Source: a virus. Taken from it: a DNA stretch of 64,000 nt. The notes beneath the pieces are model-generated. The model was not told the DNA's origin. It did no database searches and worked only from the letters and a program-made list of their open reading frames with translations. Location: the IMG/VR virus record IMGVR_UViG_3300032236_001191, positions 36,558 through 100,557 of that record; one strand, written 5' to 3'. The position numbers and the translations under genes were made by a program. Shown here piece after piece: positions 9,060 through 19,404 of this stretch (the first letter of the stretch is position 1; every line of letters begins with the position of its first letter).

Positions 9060-10813
9060 TGGCCGTAGATTACTACTACACTCAATATCTTCAGCAGGCA
9101 GTAAATCAAACATATGAGAGTATTGATATTCCCAATGTTTCTGTATCTTGGTCTGACTTTTTAGTTAATACAGGCGGAGTGGCTGGCACAAATCAAGCAG
9201 GAAGCTATACTGGAAATTACAACCTTTTAGGTTGGGTTATAAAGGTATACAAAAAAGAAAGCCCTAGTTCTCCTGCTGTTTTAATGACCTCAGATGATGT
9301 TACCGTACGCTTTGGTGCTCCAGACGGTCCTTTAGCCCAATACTACAAAGGCGTTAAGATTACTAATGGGGGTAAAGCTTTTTATATTGAAGTTAACTAT
9401 GACAATGTACTAGCTGCAAAAAAACCTTTAGTACTTAAGCCTGTAATGGCAGTAACTCTAAAGTCTAACGGTAACCACGTATCTTATAGCAAATCCGCTT
9501 CTGGTATAGATCTGCAAAGCGTTACTTTTACCCAAAGTCAAACTTATCCACCTATACCTACAGCGTTAATTGCTGCTGTAAGCCCGGGTTATGACCCAGG
9601 ATTAAATAATGGAAACACATCTAATATTCATTATAATTTTGCTACCAAGCAGTATGTAGGCATTCAAATGGTTACAGACAGCAAAACAAATACAACGTCT
9701 TATTATGCACTTTATTACGACCCAAAAACTAAAAAACAAGTTGGGGATAAAGTATACCTTGGAAAAGAAAAAGCAAACTCTAGGGGTAAAGTTTGGGCAA
9801 AAGGACAAGCTCTTTTAATTGATGCTATTGATAGCCAAAATAAGACAAGTGCTGTTGGAGACTCTACAAAACGCTATCATGATAGTGTAGTCCCAGATCA
9901 ACCTGCAGCTACCTCTCCTGCCCCACCGTACCCTACAGACTCAAATAGATGGAATCCTCCTACCCACCTATACACTAAAAACTTTTCAACAGGGTTGTTT
10001 TTAAATAGTTTAATTAAAAATGATAAACAACTTTTAGATAGTACCCTTAATAATAGCGAGATTCTTCCAGGTATGGAATTTCTTTCTACAAACTATAGCG
10101 TTCCTAGCACCCTATACAGCATTAATACTAATCTTTTTGAACCTAGTTTAGGTCATATTGGTAATATGTACCAAGATGCTGCTACTGCAAAAGCTATTAA
10201 CCAAGACCACCCAGATAAACAATGGGGATTTAGGTTTATGTATAATCCTAATCAAATTGGGTATAGCAATACTGCGGATAATAGTGTTGACTATACACTT
10301 GGTCAGGCAGATCCAGCTAACCTATTAGCTGGCAATATGACGGTTAATTTTCAACTGTATATTAATAGAATTATCGATATGTCATATCTTCGGGGTACTC
10401 AAGCCCCTGGACAAATGGGGTATGCAAGACAGCTTACCCAAGATGAAAAAGACGGGTTAACGTACCGTGGTACTGAATATGACCTAGAATTTTTATACCG
10501 AGTTCTTGGTGGAGATCCAATTAAAAATAACGCAACAATTGGTGCCGCAGGAAACTTAGGAGTAAGCGCAGATATTGGGCTTATTAAAGCTGTTCCTATA
10601 TGGTTGTCTATTAACCCTGTGTATAAACTTTTTGGTGCTGTAGCTAGTATGTCCGTAAACCATGTTTTATTTACTATGGATATGGTACCTATGTTAACTA
10701 CTGTAGACATTACCTTTAACCGTTTTCCTGCCTTATTTAACCTTGCGGATAGCGATCCAAAGTCTGATTCACGTCAAGCCTTTAAAAAGTTTATTACCGG
10801 AAAGGCGCAGTAG
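9059..10813 (+). CDS. Baseplate / tail-tube initiator-like structural protein
   Basis: C-terminal 'GFRFMYNP...V.H.LF...MVP....VDITF' tube-like domain; follows the tape measure gene. Confidence 0.6.
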   Translation: MAVDYYYTQYLQQAVNQTYESIDIPNVSVSWSDFLVNTGGVAGTNQAGSYTGNYNLLGWVIKVYKKESPSSPAVLMTSDDVTVRFGAPDGPLAQYYKGVKITNGGKAFYIEVNYDNVLAAKKPLVLKPVMAVTLKSNGNHVSYSKSASGIDLQSVTFTQSQTYPPIPTALIAAVSPGYDPGLNNGNTSNIHYNFATKQYVGIQMVTDSKTNTTSYYALYYDPKTKKQVGDKVYLGKEKANSRGKVWAKGQALLIDAIDSQNKTSAVGDSTKRYHDSVVPDQPAATSPAPPYPTDSNRWNPPTHLYTKNFSTGLFLNSLIKNDKQLLDSTLNNSEILPGMEFLSTNYSVPSTLYSINTNLFEPSLGHIGNMYQDAATAKAINQDHPDKQWGFRFMYNPNQIGYSNTADNSVDYTLGQADPANLLAGNMTVNFQLYINRIIDMSYLRGTQAPGQMGYARQLTQDEKDGLTYRGTEYDLEFLYRVLGGDPIKNNATIGAAGNLGVSADIGLIKAVPIWLSINPVYKLFGAVASMSVNHVLFTMDMVPMLTTVDITFNRFPALFNLADSDPKSDSRQAFKKFITGKAQ

Positions 10814-10816
10814 TAA

Positions 10817-11110
10817 ATGGCTAAAACTAATATCGAAAGAGTTTCTAGGTATAACGATGGACCACTACTTCAGCTGCCGTATGAGCATACCAACACCTAT
10901 GCAATCAGCGTATACCGCAATTGGGTTAAATCTAAGACAGTAAGCTATAAAGAGTATACCTGGGTATCAGGAGATACTTTGGCCAGCCTTGCAGTTAAGT
11001 ACTGTGGCGGCGCTAAATACTGGTGGGAAATTATGGATATCAACCCTGAAATTACAGACCCTTTTTATATCGATCCTGGCACAATTATAAGAGTTCCATA
11101 TGGCAACTAA
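10817..11110 (+). CDS. LysM-domain baseplate protein (tail X / gp53-like)
   Basis: 'GDTLASLA.KY.G...WW.I.D.NP....P..I.PG..IRVP' LysM pattern. Confidence 0.85.
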   Translation: MAKTNIERVSRYNDGPLLQLPYEHTNTYAISVYRNWVKSKTVSYKEYTWVSGDTLASLAVKYCGGAKYWWEIMDINPEITDPFYIDPGTIIRVPYGN

Positions 11111-11957
11111 TTTTTCTAATGTACCGGTTTACCTGCCATATCCTTGGCGAGATCAAACTCTTAATTCTGATTTTAAGGTTAGATTCCCAGACTTTGCAGA
11201 ACAGCCTAAGATTATCTTTACCGGAGCAGATCTTACACAAACTCAAGCTGAACATGATAGATTAGTTCTTTATGTTAAAGGTAAACCGTTTAGACTTGAG
11301 GACACCGTTAAATCGGAAGATCTTGTTGTTTTTACCTATACAACAGATAAAAATGTAGTTGAGTGGCATGGGTATGTAACTAGCATTGAACAAAACTCTG
11401 ATATTCAAGGCGTAGCGCAAACCTTTATTAATTGTATTGGTGCATCCTATGTATTTAAAGATACTGATCAAAAGATTTATAGGGATGTTACGGCAGACCA
11501 GGTTGTTGCTAGGGTATGCCAAAAGCATTCTTTTTCTGCCAATACTCAACGGCATCCTCGTGTAAAATCTTCTATCTCTCAAACTGGTCAATCAGATTGG
11601 CAGTTTCTTAGGTCTTTGGCTATGCAAACAGGGTACGCTTTACGGGCAGATAATACTACCATTACCTTTTGCTCTAAAAATAAAATTACTGATGCTAAAA
11701 AAACATCTGCCCCATACTTTTACTATATAGACTCACCTACTGGTGGAAACGTACCTACTACTCTTAGAACTCTTGGAAGCATAGTTGCCTTTAAACCTAT
11801 TATCTCTGATTACTCCCCTGAAATGGGTGTTACTGTAGATAGGGTAGTAAGTGGATTTAACATAGCTGCACAGACCACTGTAAAAACTACACACCCACAT
11901 TTTGTTAATACTTCAGGTAAAGGTGCTGTAACTCCAAGTCAGGATTACTTCTCATGA
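11100..11957 (+). CDS. Baseplate hub (gpD / gp27-like), N-terminal part
   Basis: 'Q.GQSDWQFL.SLA...GY' hub motif. Confidence 0.75.
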   Translation: MATNFSNVPVYLPYPWRDQTLNSDFKVRFPDFAEQPKIIFTGADLTQTQAEHDRLVLYVKGKPFRLEDTVKSEDLVVFTYTTDKNVVEWHGYVTSIEQNSDIQGVAQTFINCIGASYVFKDTDQKIYRDVTADQVVARVCQKHSFSANTQRHPRVKSSISQTGQSDWQFLRSLAMQTGYALRADNTTITFCSKNKITDAKKTSAPYFYYIDSPTGGNVPTTLRTLGSIVAFKPIISDYSPEMGVTVDRVVSGFNIAAQTTVKTTHPHFVNTSGKGAVTPSQDYFS

Positions 11958-12553
11958 CAAGTGCGTTTTCTAATCCTAATCCTAAAGCTAAATTTAAAAA
12001 GCATTATGTTCATGAGGTAGTTGCAAATGCTAATGACTCTAAGCTTCTTGCCCTTGACATGGCAAATACGCATAGATATCAGTATAGAGCTACTGTTACA
12101 GTTGCCGGTAATTCTTTAGTTAAACCTTATGATCCAATATACCTGGATGGCTTGCCAAATGGTATGTCTGGTTACTGGACAGTAATATCAGTAACCCATG
12201 GTTTTGGTGGTATGGATGGATACTACATAATGACTCTTACTGTTGGAACTGATGTGCTGGGGGATGTAAATCCAGACGCTGCTACCGCTATTCCAAAAAG
12301 AGATGTTGAAGGAGAGTTGGCTGGAACCTCTTTAGAAACTTATGACACGATGATTTCTAAATACTCTACTTCGCCAAACTCTTCAGACTTTCCAGCAATA
12401 TACACCGATGCGGTAAGCCCAAAGGTAACCCCACCCCATACAACCATTCCTAACCCAACTCAGGATATTTATGCAGTAACCCCACCCACGTTTAAATCTG
12501 GTAAACGTGCTGTAAAATGGACCTCTACAAGTTCTGGGAGGGTTATTCGATGA
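11954..12553 (+). CDS. Baseplate hub, C-terminal part
   Basis: 'G...VKP...I.LDGL....SGYW.V.SV.H' motif that ends hub / VgrG domains. Confidence 0.7.
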   Translation: MTSAFSNPNPKAKFKKHYVHEVVANANDSKLLALDMANTHRYQYRATVTVAGNSLVKPYDPIYLDGLPNGMSGYWTVISVTHGFGGMDGYYIMTLTVGTDVLGDVNPDAATAIPKRDVEGELAGTSLETYDTMISKYSTSPNSSDFPAIYTDAVSPKVTPPHTTIPNPTQDIYAVTPPTFKSGKRAVKWTSTSSGRVIR

Positions 12554-13077
12554 ATGCCGATTTACAACAAAATTTGCAGTACTCTATGGATCCTTTAGGC
12601 AGAGTACGTTTTTATGGTATCTATCCTGGGGTAGTGACTGATAATAATGATCCCCTAAAAAAGAATCGATTAAAGATTCAGGTGCTTCAACCTACAGGTG
12701 GTGAGGTTAGTAATTGGGCTGAAGCCTGCATGCCAGTTACAAGCATCTCAAACCATCCCGATCATCAAGAGCATACCGCCTCACAAATCGCAGCTTTGCT
12801 AACCACTTCATCAGTATCTGCCTCTGATCCTCAGGGAGGATCCATTACTATCCCTGCGTTAACGGTGGTAGCAAAAGCTGGAGCAGGTACACTTAAGCAT
12901 ACCCATAAGTCAGATGCCAACTCTGCCCAGAAATGGAATGATAAGGCTGAGCTAGCTTTGGCCTCTACAGCGGAGCATACGCCCCACCGTTTAGTGCCAA
13001 ATATTGGACAGACTGTGTGGGTTATGTTTATTGCCGGAGACCCTGATTACCCTGTATGGATGGGAGTAAAACTATGA
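12550..13077 (+). CDS. Baseplate spike OB-fold protein (gp5 / gpV-like)
   Basis: 'G.V.DNNDP....RLK...WA' and 'VP.IG..VWVMF..GDPDYPVWMG'. Confidence 0.85.
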   Translation: MNADLQQNLQYSMDPLGRVRFYGIYPGVVTDNNDPLKKNRLKIQVLQPTGGEVSNWAEACMPVTSISNHPDHQEHTASQIAALLTTSSVSASDPQGGSITIPALTVVAKAGAGTLKHTHKSDANSAQKWNDKAELALASTAEHTPHRLVPNIGQTVWVMFIAGDPDYPVWMGVKL

Positions 13078-13487
13078 GTGCTATTTCGTATCCATTTACC
13101 TTGGATTCTATCGGTGTACTTACAGCTACTAACAATCCTGCAAAAATTTATTTGGATAGGCTTCTTACGCTACTTTCTACTGAAATTGGTTCTAGACCTA
13201 TGTCCCCTACATACGGCATAGATCTTCAAAGATTTTTGTTTGAAAATGATAGCATTCATATTGGCGGTCTTAATAACTCTTTAGGAAAATCTATAGACGC
13301 AGCTATCAGGTCTGCGGTAAACATTTGGATGCCTGACATTAGCGTTGAGGCTATTAACTATGGAGCACCAAATTTTGATGGTATAGCCACTGTGTCTATC
13401 CTAATAAGGCTCCCTAATGATTTGACTACAAGTTTAGATATAACTACGGCAGTATTTCTTAATACAGGAACGGTGACAAAACTATAA
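13074..13487 (+). CDS. Baseplate wedge gp25-like protein
   Basis: 'LLST.IG.R.M.PTYG..L...LFE' motif. Confidence 0.85.
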   Translation: MSAISYPFTLDSIGVLTATNNPAKIYLDRLLTLLSTEIGSRPMSPTYGIDLQRFLFENDSIHIGGLNNSLGKSIDAAIRSAVNIWMPDISVEAINYGAPNFDGIATVSILIRLPNDLTTSLDITTAVFLNTGTVTKL

Positions 13488-15040
13488 TGAGCGAAATTCA
13501 AATTGACTATACCTCTAGAGATTATGCTGCTCTTAAGTCGGACCTTATTAATCTTATCAGTACTAATACCGGTAAAGCTTGGACTCCCACAGATAGCTCT
13601 GACCTAGGCAACGTATTAGTAGAAAGCTTTGCATATATGGGCGACATTATGTCGTACTATATTGACCGAGTTGCTAATGAAACCACCGTTGCTTCTGCCG
13701 TTAAAACAGATACCCTACTTGGGTTTGCATCTCTTTACGGATTTAAACCTTCTGGCCCAACTCCAGCTACAGTTACCCTAAACTTTACAAATAATGCAGC
13801 CTATTCTGTTGACCTACCTATCGGCACTCAAGTAATGGCCCCACTTACTTACGGACCATTTGCTCAAGCCTACTTTGAAACTACCCAAGCCTATACAGCT
13901 GTTCAACCTGGCCAATCAGTTAATATAACAGCTGTAGAAGGTAAAACAGTAAATACCGATAAAGAAGACTTTATTGATGCCGTATTCCACAAGCCGCTGC
14001 CAGCTAATATTGGTACATCCGATGGTTCAGCCAACCAAGAGTTTGTAATCTTAGATAAGTATATTGTAGATAGCTCTTTAACTGTGTATGTTGGACAAGG
14101 TATTGCGTTTTCTCCATGGAAGTATGTGGATACATTAGTGGAGTATGGCCCAAATGATCTTGTCTTTACAACACAACAAAATGCTGACAATACGCTTACA
14201 GTAATGTTTGGTGACGGAGTAAATGGTTCTATACCACCTTCAAACCAGTTAATCAGCGCTTTGTATAAAGTTAGCGTAGGAAAGTATGGCAATATTGTTT
14301 CTGGTGCTGTTACTGAACTTACCTTTGTACCTGGAAATGTTGATCCTCAAGTTATTACTTACTTTACCGTAACTAACAGCGCTGCAGCTATCGGGGGTTC
14401 AGATTCTGATGATACCACCCAACTAAGAAAGAAGATTAAAGCTGCTGTCGTAGCTCGTCGTAGAGCGGTAACGCTTTCAGACTATGAGTACTTGGCATCT
14501 CAAGTTAGCCTTGTAGGTAGAGCTAAAGCATCTGCTTCAGTCTATAGCTCTGTTAATATTTATATTCAATCTCAAAATGATGGGTCTGTTACTCCAGGCC
14601 TTGTTTCAGGTATTCCTACACCTGCTTGGACTAATCTTCAAACGGCTGTTCAAAATTATATGGCTGATAAGGTACCGGTAGGAACTACAGTTACTGTACT
14701 ACAGCCTACATATGTTCCTATTTATTTAACTGTAAACGTATCTATTCAGGCAGCTCAAAAACAAAGCACTATGAAACTTGCTGTATATAAAGCTCTTCTT
14801 ACAGCAGACACTGGTCTTTTCTCATATGCTAAGAATGAGTTTGGTCGTTCTATTGTTAAGTCCTCTATTATTTCTACTATCCTTGGAATAACCGGCGGTA
14901 GCGTATTAGATGCTACGGTGACCCAGTTAAACATCGATAACGGAAGTAGCGCAAACTCAATCGTACTCAGTCCTAACCAAATTCCGTACCTTACACCGGC
15001 AAACCTCACAATTAACATCACCGGCGGAATCGCCCTCTAA
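13487..15040 (+). CDS. Baseplate wedge protein (gp6 / baseplate J-like)
   Basis: 'IDYTSRDY...', 'FGDGVNG.IP', 'RAVTL.DY' motifs. Confidence 0.9.
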   Translation: MSEIQIDYTSRDYAALKSDLINLISTNTGKAWTPTDSSDLGNVLVESFAYMGDIMSYYIDRVANETTVASAVKTDTLLGFASLYGFKPSGPTPATVTLNFTNNAAYSVDLPIGTQVMAPLTYGPFAQAYFETTQAYTAVQPGQSVNITAVEGKTVNTDKEDFIDAVFHKPLPANIGTSDGSANQEFVILDKYIVDSSLTVYVGQGIAFSPWKYVDTLVEYGPNDLVFTTQQNADNTLTVMFGDGVNGSIPPSNQLISALYKVSVGKYGNIVSGAVTELTFVPGNVDPQVITYFTVTNSAAAIGGSDSDDTTQLRKKIKAAVVARRRAVTLSDYEYLASQVSLVGRAKASASVYSSVNIYIQSQNDGSVTPGLVSGIPTPAWTNLQTAVQNYMADKVPVGTTVTVLQPTYVPIYLTVNVSIQAAQKQSTMKLAVYKALLTADTGLFSYAKNEFGRSIVKSSIISTILGITGGSVLDATVTQLNIDNGSSANSIVLSPNQIPYLTPANLTINITGGIAL

Positions 15041-15054
15041 GATAGGTAGGTAAA

Positions 15055-15603
15055 ATGGCAGCCTCATACCCAACGCAACCGGCAAACTTTATTGCCAAAG
15101 TTGACGTACAAGATACGGTTTATGCAGACCATATCAACACTCTTCAAAATGAAGTGTATGCAATTGAAACTATTGTTGGAAGCAACCCAAATGTTTCTAA
15201 TTATACGGGTTCATTTTCTTTAACAAATACATGGACTAGCCTTACTGATCGCATTACCAATATTGAACGTGGTTTGGTAAACGGCGTTGGCGGTACCAGC
15301 CCTTATTTTGTTAAGACTGGCGATTCAATTACCAGCTCTGTGGGACAAGTTGGAATTACCGTACGCCCAGTTACAAACAACACTTCAGACCTCATTCAAA
15401 CCCAAGCTACAGACGGAACAGTAGGGTTTAAAGTAGACTATACTGGTAAACCTAAAGTGGGAACATATAACGTGCTGTATGTAAACAGTACAGACTATGC
15501 GTCTTTATTAGCGGCAATTGCTAACGCTAATGCGGCGGCAGCTGCTGCTGCTACCGCTGCGGCTGCAAACCCATTTAATCCATTCCTACTCGGAGGGCTT
15601 TAA
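15055..15603 (+). CDS. Virion structural protein (fibre adaptor-like)
   Basis: 'V.ADHIN.LQ.EV.AIE..VG' motif; located in the baseplate operon. Confidence 0.5.
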   Translation: MAASYPTQPANFIAKVDVQDTVYADHINTLQNEVYAIETIVGSNPNVSNYTGSFSLTNTWTSLTDRITNIERGLVNGVGGTSPYFVKTGDSITSSVGQVGITVRPVTNNTSDLIQTQATDGTVGFKVDYTGKPKVGTYNVLYVNSTDYASLLAAIANANAAAAAAATAAAANPFNPFLLGGL

Positions 15604-15612
15604 TACTAGATT

Positions 15613-18600
15613 ATGTCAAAATATGGTATTGGTATATATGGTGTAGACACCACTAGGTACGGCGATAAAGAAGCCGGCCGTACTTACTATGCGTCTAATA
15701 TCAAAGCTTTATCATATGGATATAATAGTGTTTCCTTGGTTTGGAACTCAATCATTCCAGACCCTGCAGATGTAGACCGTGGGTATTCGCCAACCCACTG
15801 GAGATTGATCAAAAGCTTTTCTGGTACTCCAGATAACCCCATTGATGGAACCTTGGTTTACGGAAGTACTTTTGTTCCGGTAAACAACGTAGGTGGATTT
15901 AAAAACTCTTGGGTAGATGAAAACGTATCAGTTTTGGATACTCAGGTAGTTTATTCTATTTGGGTTTATAACGGTGAATCTTGGATTAATTGTGGTGAAG
16001 TATCTACAATCATAGTTCAAGAAACTGAAACAACCTCCTTGATTGCTAAATGGCTACCTAAAGCTTGGCTTAACTACTCTAACGGTTTTGGTGATGCAAC
16101 CGGAGAAATAGAAGACAATGATCTATACAAAGTTCTTAAAGCCTATAGTTTAATCTATGACCGTCTTCGTGCTGAGGCAAATATTCTACAGCAGTCCTCT
16201 TCCCAAAAGCAAATTCACAATAGCTTGTTACGAGCAAGTCTTGATCAGCTAGGTTTTGGTTACGAGCCTTCTCTTGGTGACTCTTATCATAGATCTCTTT
16301 ACAAAGCTGGAAATACTATTAATGCTCTTAAAGGAACTGCAAAATCTATTAGCGCCTATGTAACCGGCTTGACACATTTGGGTAATGATATAGTAATCGG
16401 CCATAATGAGCTACTTGACTATAATGATTCTTCTTTTGAAGAAAGCACGGGCCATTGGGGTCTTGACGTAGGAACTTTGGTACAACATACTTATGCAGGT
16501 ACCGGTACTGGTACAGCCTACGGTGATTTAGGTGTGACAGTGGCTACGCCTGTAGTTCCTCTATACGATCCTTTAAGCCCACCACGTATGGCTGGATTTG
16601 CATCTGTTGCTATGCCTGCTGCACCAAGTGTTGCTAATCCCACCCCACAAACTTCTACGCTATCCCTTCCCGCAGTAGGATTGAGCGTTACTAATTACGG
16701 AGTTCCAGTAAAGCCAAAAACTCGCTATCTATTTTCTGGCTGGGCAAAGCATTTAGATAACCCAGCAACAGTTTCAGCATACATAACTTGGTACGCATAC
16801 AATGGAAATGTTATCTCAACTACTGCTGCCCCAACTACTTTGACCACAACTACATCATGGGCTGAGTTTACCTCTAAAAATGATGTCGGACGAAATGGGG
16901 TTTTATCTCCAGACACTGCAGTTTATGCAACCATCAGGGTAGTGGTAGTGCCAACAACTTTGCTAGCTAGTACATGCTTGTTTGATCTGTTTCAATTATC
17001 AGATGCAAGTAAGAGCTTAGAGTTTGAAGATGCTAGAAAAGTTAGAGTGTATCTTCGTGGAGAACGTGAGAACTTCCTTCACAACCCAGATTTTGAAGAA
17101 GGTTCTGGCGGATGGATTGCCTCTGATAACGGGTCGTTTGCACAAGACCCTACGGTGTACAACACCTCAATCTATCATGGCTCATGTCTTGGAGAACTGA
17201 CAGTTGTTACCCCAGGCCTAGCGTACGTATCTTCTGACTGGTTTGTTGTAGAGCCTGGACAAAACTATACGTTTAGCGGTTGGATTAGTAGCCACTATCC
17301 AAATATTGGCCATGTCAAGGCACGTATTGAATTTTCTAACCGTGAGTCAATCGATAAACAAACTCAAATCTTAAATGATTCAGATGGGTACTATTACGAA
17401 AACCAAGCCTACTATGTAGACTCTGATCCTTACCTACTATCTGCTCACACAGTTTTAGATGATAACGGCAACGTAATCGTAGATGCTTTTGAACCAGGAA
17501 CTCCTCCGCAGTATGTGCCTACAAAGGTACAAGTTTCTGTAACGGGTATCGCACCCCAGTATACACGTGATTCCGGAATGCCTATGGCTAAGGTATCTAT
17601 TGTGCTATTAGATGCAGCAAACGCTGAACCTAGCTGGACTGTATACATGGATGGTTTTTCCGTTCAAGCAGCTACCACAGCAGTTCCTTTCTTTTCAGGA
17701 AATGGTGCACCACTTCCTGTTGATCCTGTAAATGATTTGTTCTTTCCTGCTGGAGATACTTTCTGGGAAACTAAGAACATTATTAATTTAATCCAGAACC
17801 CTTCATTTGAAACTACTAGTAACTGGACAACAGCTACTGGAACAACTTTGACTACTGATACAGGTGGAATGGCAGCGGTTAGAGCTGTGCTTCCTAACGG
17901 TACTCTTGAAAATGCTATCGGACCAGAGCCGTATGGACCAAAGTTTGGTACCAAGATTGGCAAGGTTGCCTATTCTCCAACTGTTGGTGGATCCATCAGC
18001 ACTACCGTTTATCTTCCATCTCCGGCAGTTGGTGGAGAAGACTTTGTGGTATCAGCATCTGTTCGTGCTGCAGAAGGAGTTTATGTAATCTCTACTTCTG
18101 GTAACGGTGCCACCTCACAAAACAGTATCGAAGTTTATCAGCATGACCAGTATCAGTGGATTCGTATTGCTGCTGTTCGTCAGCTAGTGCCTGGTGAAAC
18201 TTCATTTACAGTAACTTTAGGCATTACCCCACCACCACCATTCTTTCCAGGTGGACCGGCTGGATATACTATTGGACCTACAAGTTTTTTCCATGTTGAT
18301 GGTTTTCAAGCAGAGTATGGCCGAATTCCTAATGGTTTCTTAGACCCAGCCCTTACATCTACCCACACTGTTTCTAACCCGGGTAACCCTTCTACGTTAA
18401 TGTACGTGGGACAAACTCAAAGTAAAAATGGTGGTAAGAGTAGCTTTATATATAACTATGGGGTTAAAACAGCTAGACTAAGAGAATCCCTAGGATTAAT
18501 TATGCCTAGCGGAAGTTCTTGGTGCATTAAGTCAGGAATTCCTACAGAGGAATACCCAGAGTTAATTGAGTCGTTAATTCCATCTGCATCTTTTGAAAAA

Positions 18601-19104
18601 GACCTTGGTTCTTGGACGGGTACTAACTCAACTCTTGCTAGAGTTATCTCTAGAGGATCTTTGTTTAATGAGTTTGTAACTCATGGAGCTGCCTATGCTT
18701 TGGTAAAAACTTCTGGAACAAACAATGCCACAAAGTCATTTGGTATTTCTACTGGACATGTAACCGTCTTGCCAGGTCGTGGATACTACGCATCTGTAGC
18801 TATACGACCAGCTAACTCTGATTCTTTGGGTTCTTATACTCTGAGAGTTGACTTCTATAATGCTAGCGGAGGACTAATCCCAGTATATAAGACAGTCAAT
18901 AACGCACAAGTTTTGGCTACTGATGAATATCGTTCAGTAACTATTAACGTTACGCATACAGACCGTTGGGCATATATTGCCAAAGTCTTGCCAGCCTTTA
19001 CGACTTTGACAGCCTCATATGCTATACTTACCGTTACATATAACCCAACAAGTTATGTGGCAGGTCAAGCTTTCCATATTGACAGGGCTGTATTTAGAGA
19101 GTAG
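15613..19104 (+). CDS. Large baseplate wedge / tail protein I-like protein with carbohydrate-binding-like repeats
   Basis: Tail-I-like 'KGT..SI..Y...LT' followed by repeated 'N..NP.FE....W' beta-sandwich modules. Confidence 0.7.
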   Translation: MSKYGIGIYGVDTTRYGDKEAGRTYYASNIKALSYGYNSVSLVWNSIIPDPADVDRGYSPTHWRLIKSFSGTPDNPIDGTLVYGSTFVPVNNVGGFKNSWVDENVSVLDTQVVYSIWVYNGESWINCGEVSTIIVQETETTSLIAKWLPKAWLNYSNGFGDATGEIEDNDLYKVLKAYSLIYDRLRAEANILQQSSSQKQIHNSLLRASLDQLGFGYEPSLGDSYHRSLYKAGNTINALKGTAKSISAYVTGLTHLGNDIVIGHNELLDYNDSSFEESTGHWGLDVGTLVQHTYAGTGTGTAYGDLGVTVATPVVPLYDPLSPPRMAGFASVAMPAAPSVANPTPQTSTLSLPAVGLSVTNYGVPVKPKTRYLFSGWAKHLDNPATVSAYITWYAYNGNVISTTAAPTTLTTTTSWAEFTSKNDVGRNGVLSPDTAVYATIRVVVVPTTLLASTCLFDLFQLSDASKSLEFEDARKVRVYLRGERENFLHNPDFEEGSGGWIASDNGSFAQDPTVYNTSIYHGSCLGELTVVTPGLAYVSSDWFVVEPGQNYTFSGWISSHYPNIGHVKARIEFSNRESIDKQTQILNDSDGYYYENQAYYVDSDPYLLSAHTVLDDNGNVIVDAFEPGTPPQYVPTKVQVSVTGIAPQYTRDSGMPMAKVSIVLLDAANAEPSWTVYMDGFSVQAATTAVPFFSGNGAPLPVDPVNDLFFPAGDTFWETKNIINLIQNPSFETTSNWTTATGTTLTTDTGGMAAVRAVLPNGTLENAIGPEPYGPKFGTKIGKVAYSPTVGGSISTTVYLPSPAVGGEDFVVSASVRAAEGVYVISTSGNGATSQNSIEVYQHDQYQWIRIAAVRQLVPGETSFTVTLGITPPPPFFPGGPAGYTIGPTSFFHVDGFQAEYGRIPNGFLDPALTSTHTVSNPGNPSTLMYVGQTQSKNGGKSSFIYNYGVKTARLRESLGLIMPSGSSWCIKSGIPTEEYPELIESLIPSASFEKDLGSWTGTNSTLARVISRGSLFNEFVTHGAAYALVKTSGTNNATKSFGISTGHVTVLPGRGYYASVAIRPANSDSLGSYTLRVDFYNASGGLIPVYKTVNNAQVLATDEYRSVTINVTHTDRWAYIAKVLPAFTTLTASYAILTVTYNPTSYVAGQAFHIDRAVFRE

Positions 19105-19109
19105 GCAAA

Positions 19110-19376
19110 ATGACCAACGTTATACTTGCGGGAATGGCAACTGCGCTTATCCTAAACGTAGTTGAGACATTTATATACTCATTGGGCAAATGGCGGGGTC
19201 TATTGGCCCTAGGAGCCGCTTTTGGTGGTTTGGGTACCTTGGGTATCAAATTGTCTTATTTGCCCGTCTATGGCCTTGCTACGACCTTTTTAGGGCTAGT
19301 TCTGTCCCTATCCGTAGAACAAATTTTTTCCGGGGTTGATGCAAAGCAGCTTCCTAAAAGGATCCCAGTACGATAA
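19110..19376 (+). CDS. Small membrane protein
   Basis: Three hydrophobic segments. Confidence 0.6.
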   Translation: MTNVILAGMATALILNVVETFIYSLGKWRGLLALGAAFGGLGTLGIKLSYLPVYGLATTFLGLVLSLSVEQIFSGVDAKQLPKRIPVR

Positions 19377-19404
19377 TCTTTACCTCCTGAGACAGGAGGG
19401 TCTT

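Noticed and set aside
2259-19104. Bacterial extracellular contractile injection system (PVC/Afp-like)
   Set aside because: The genes resemble eCIS components, but they are contiguous with phage replication, lysis and early genes, so this is a phage tail.
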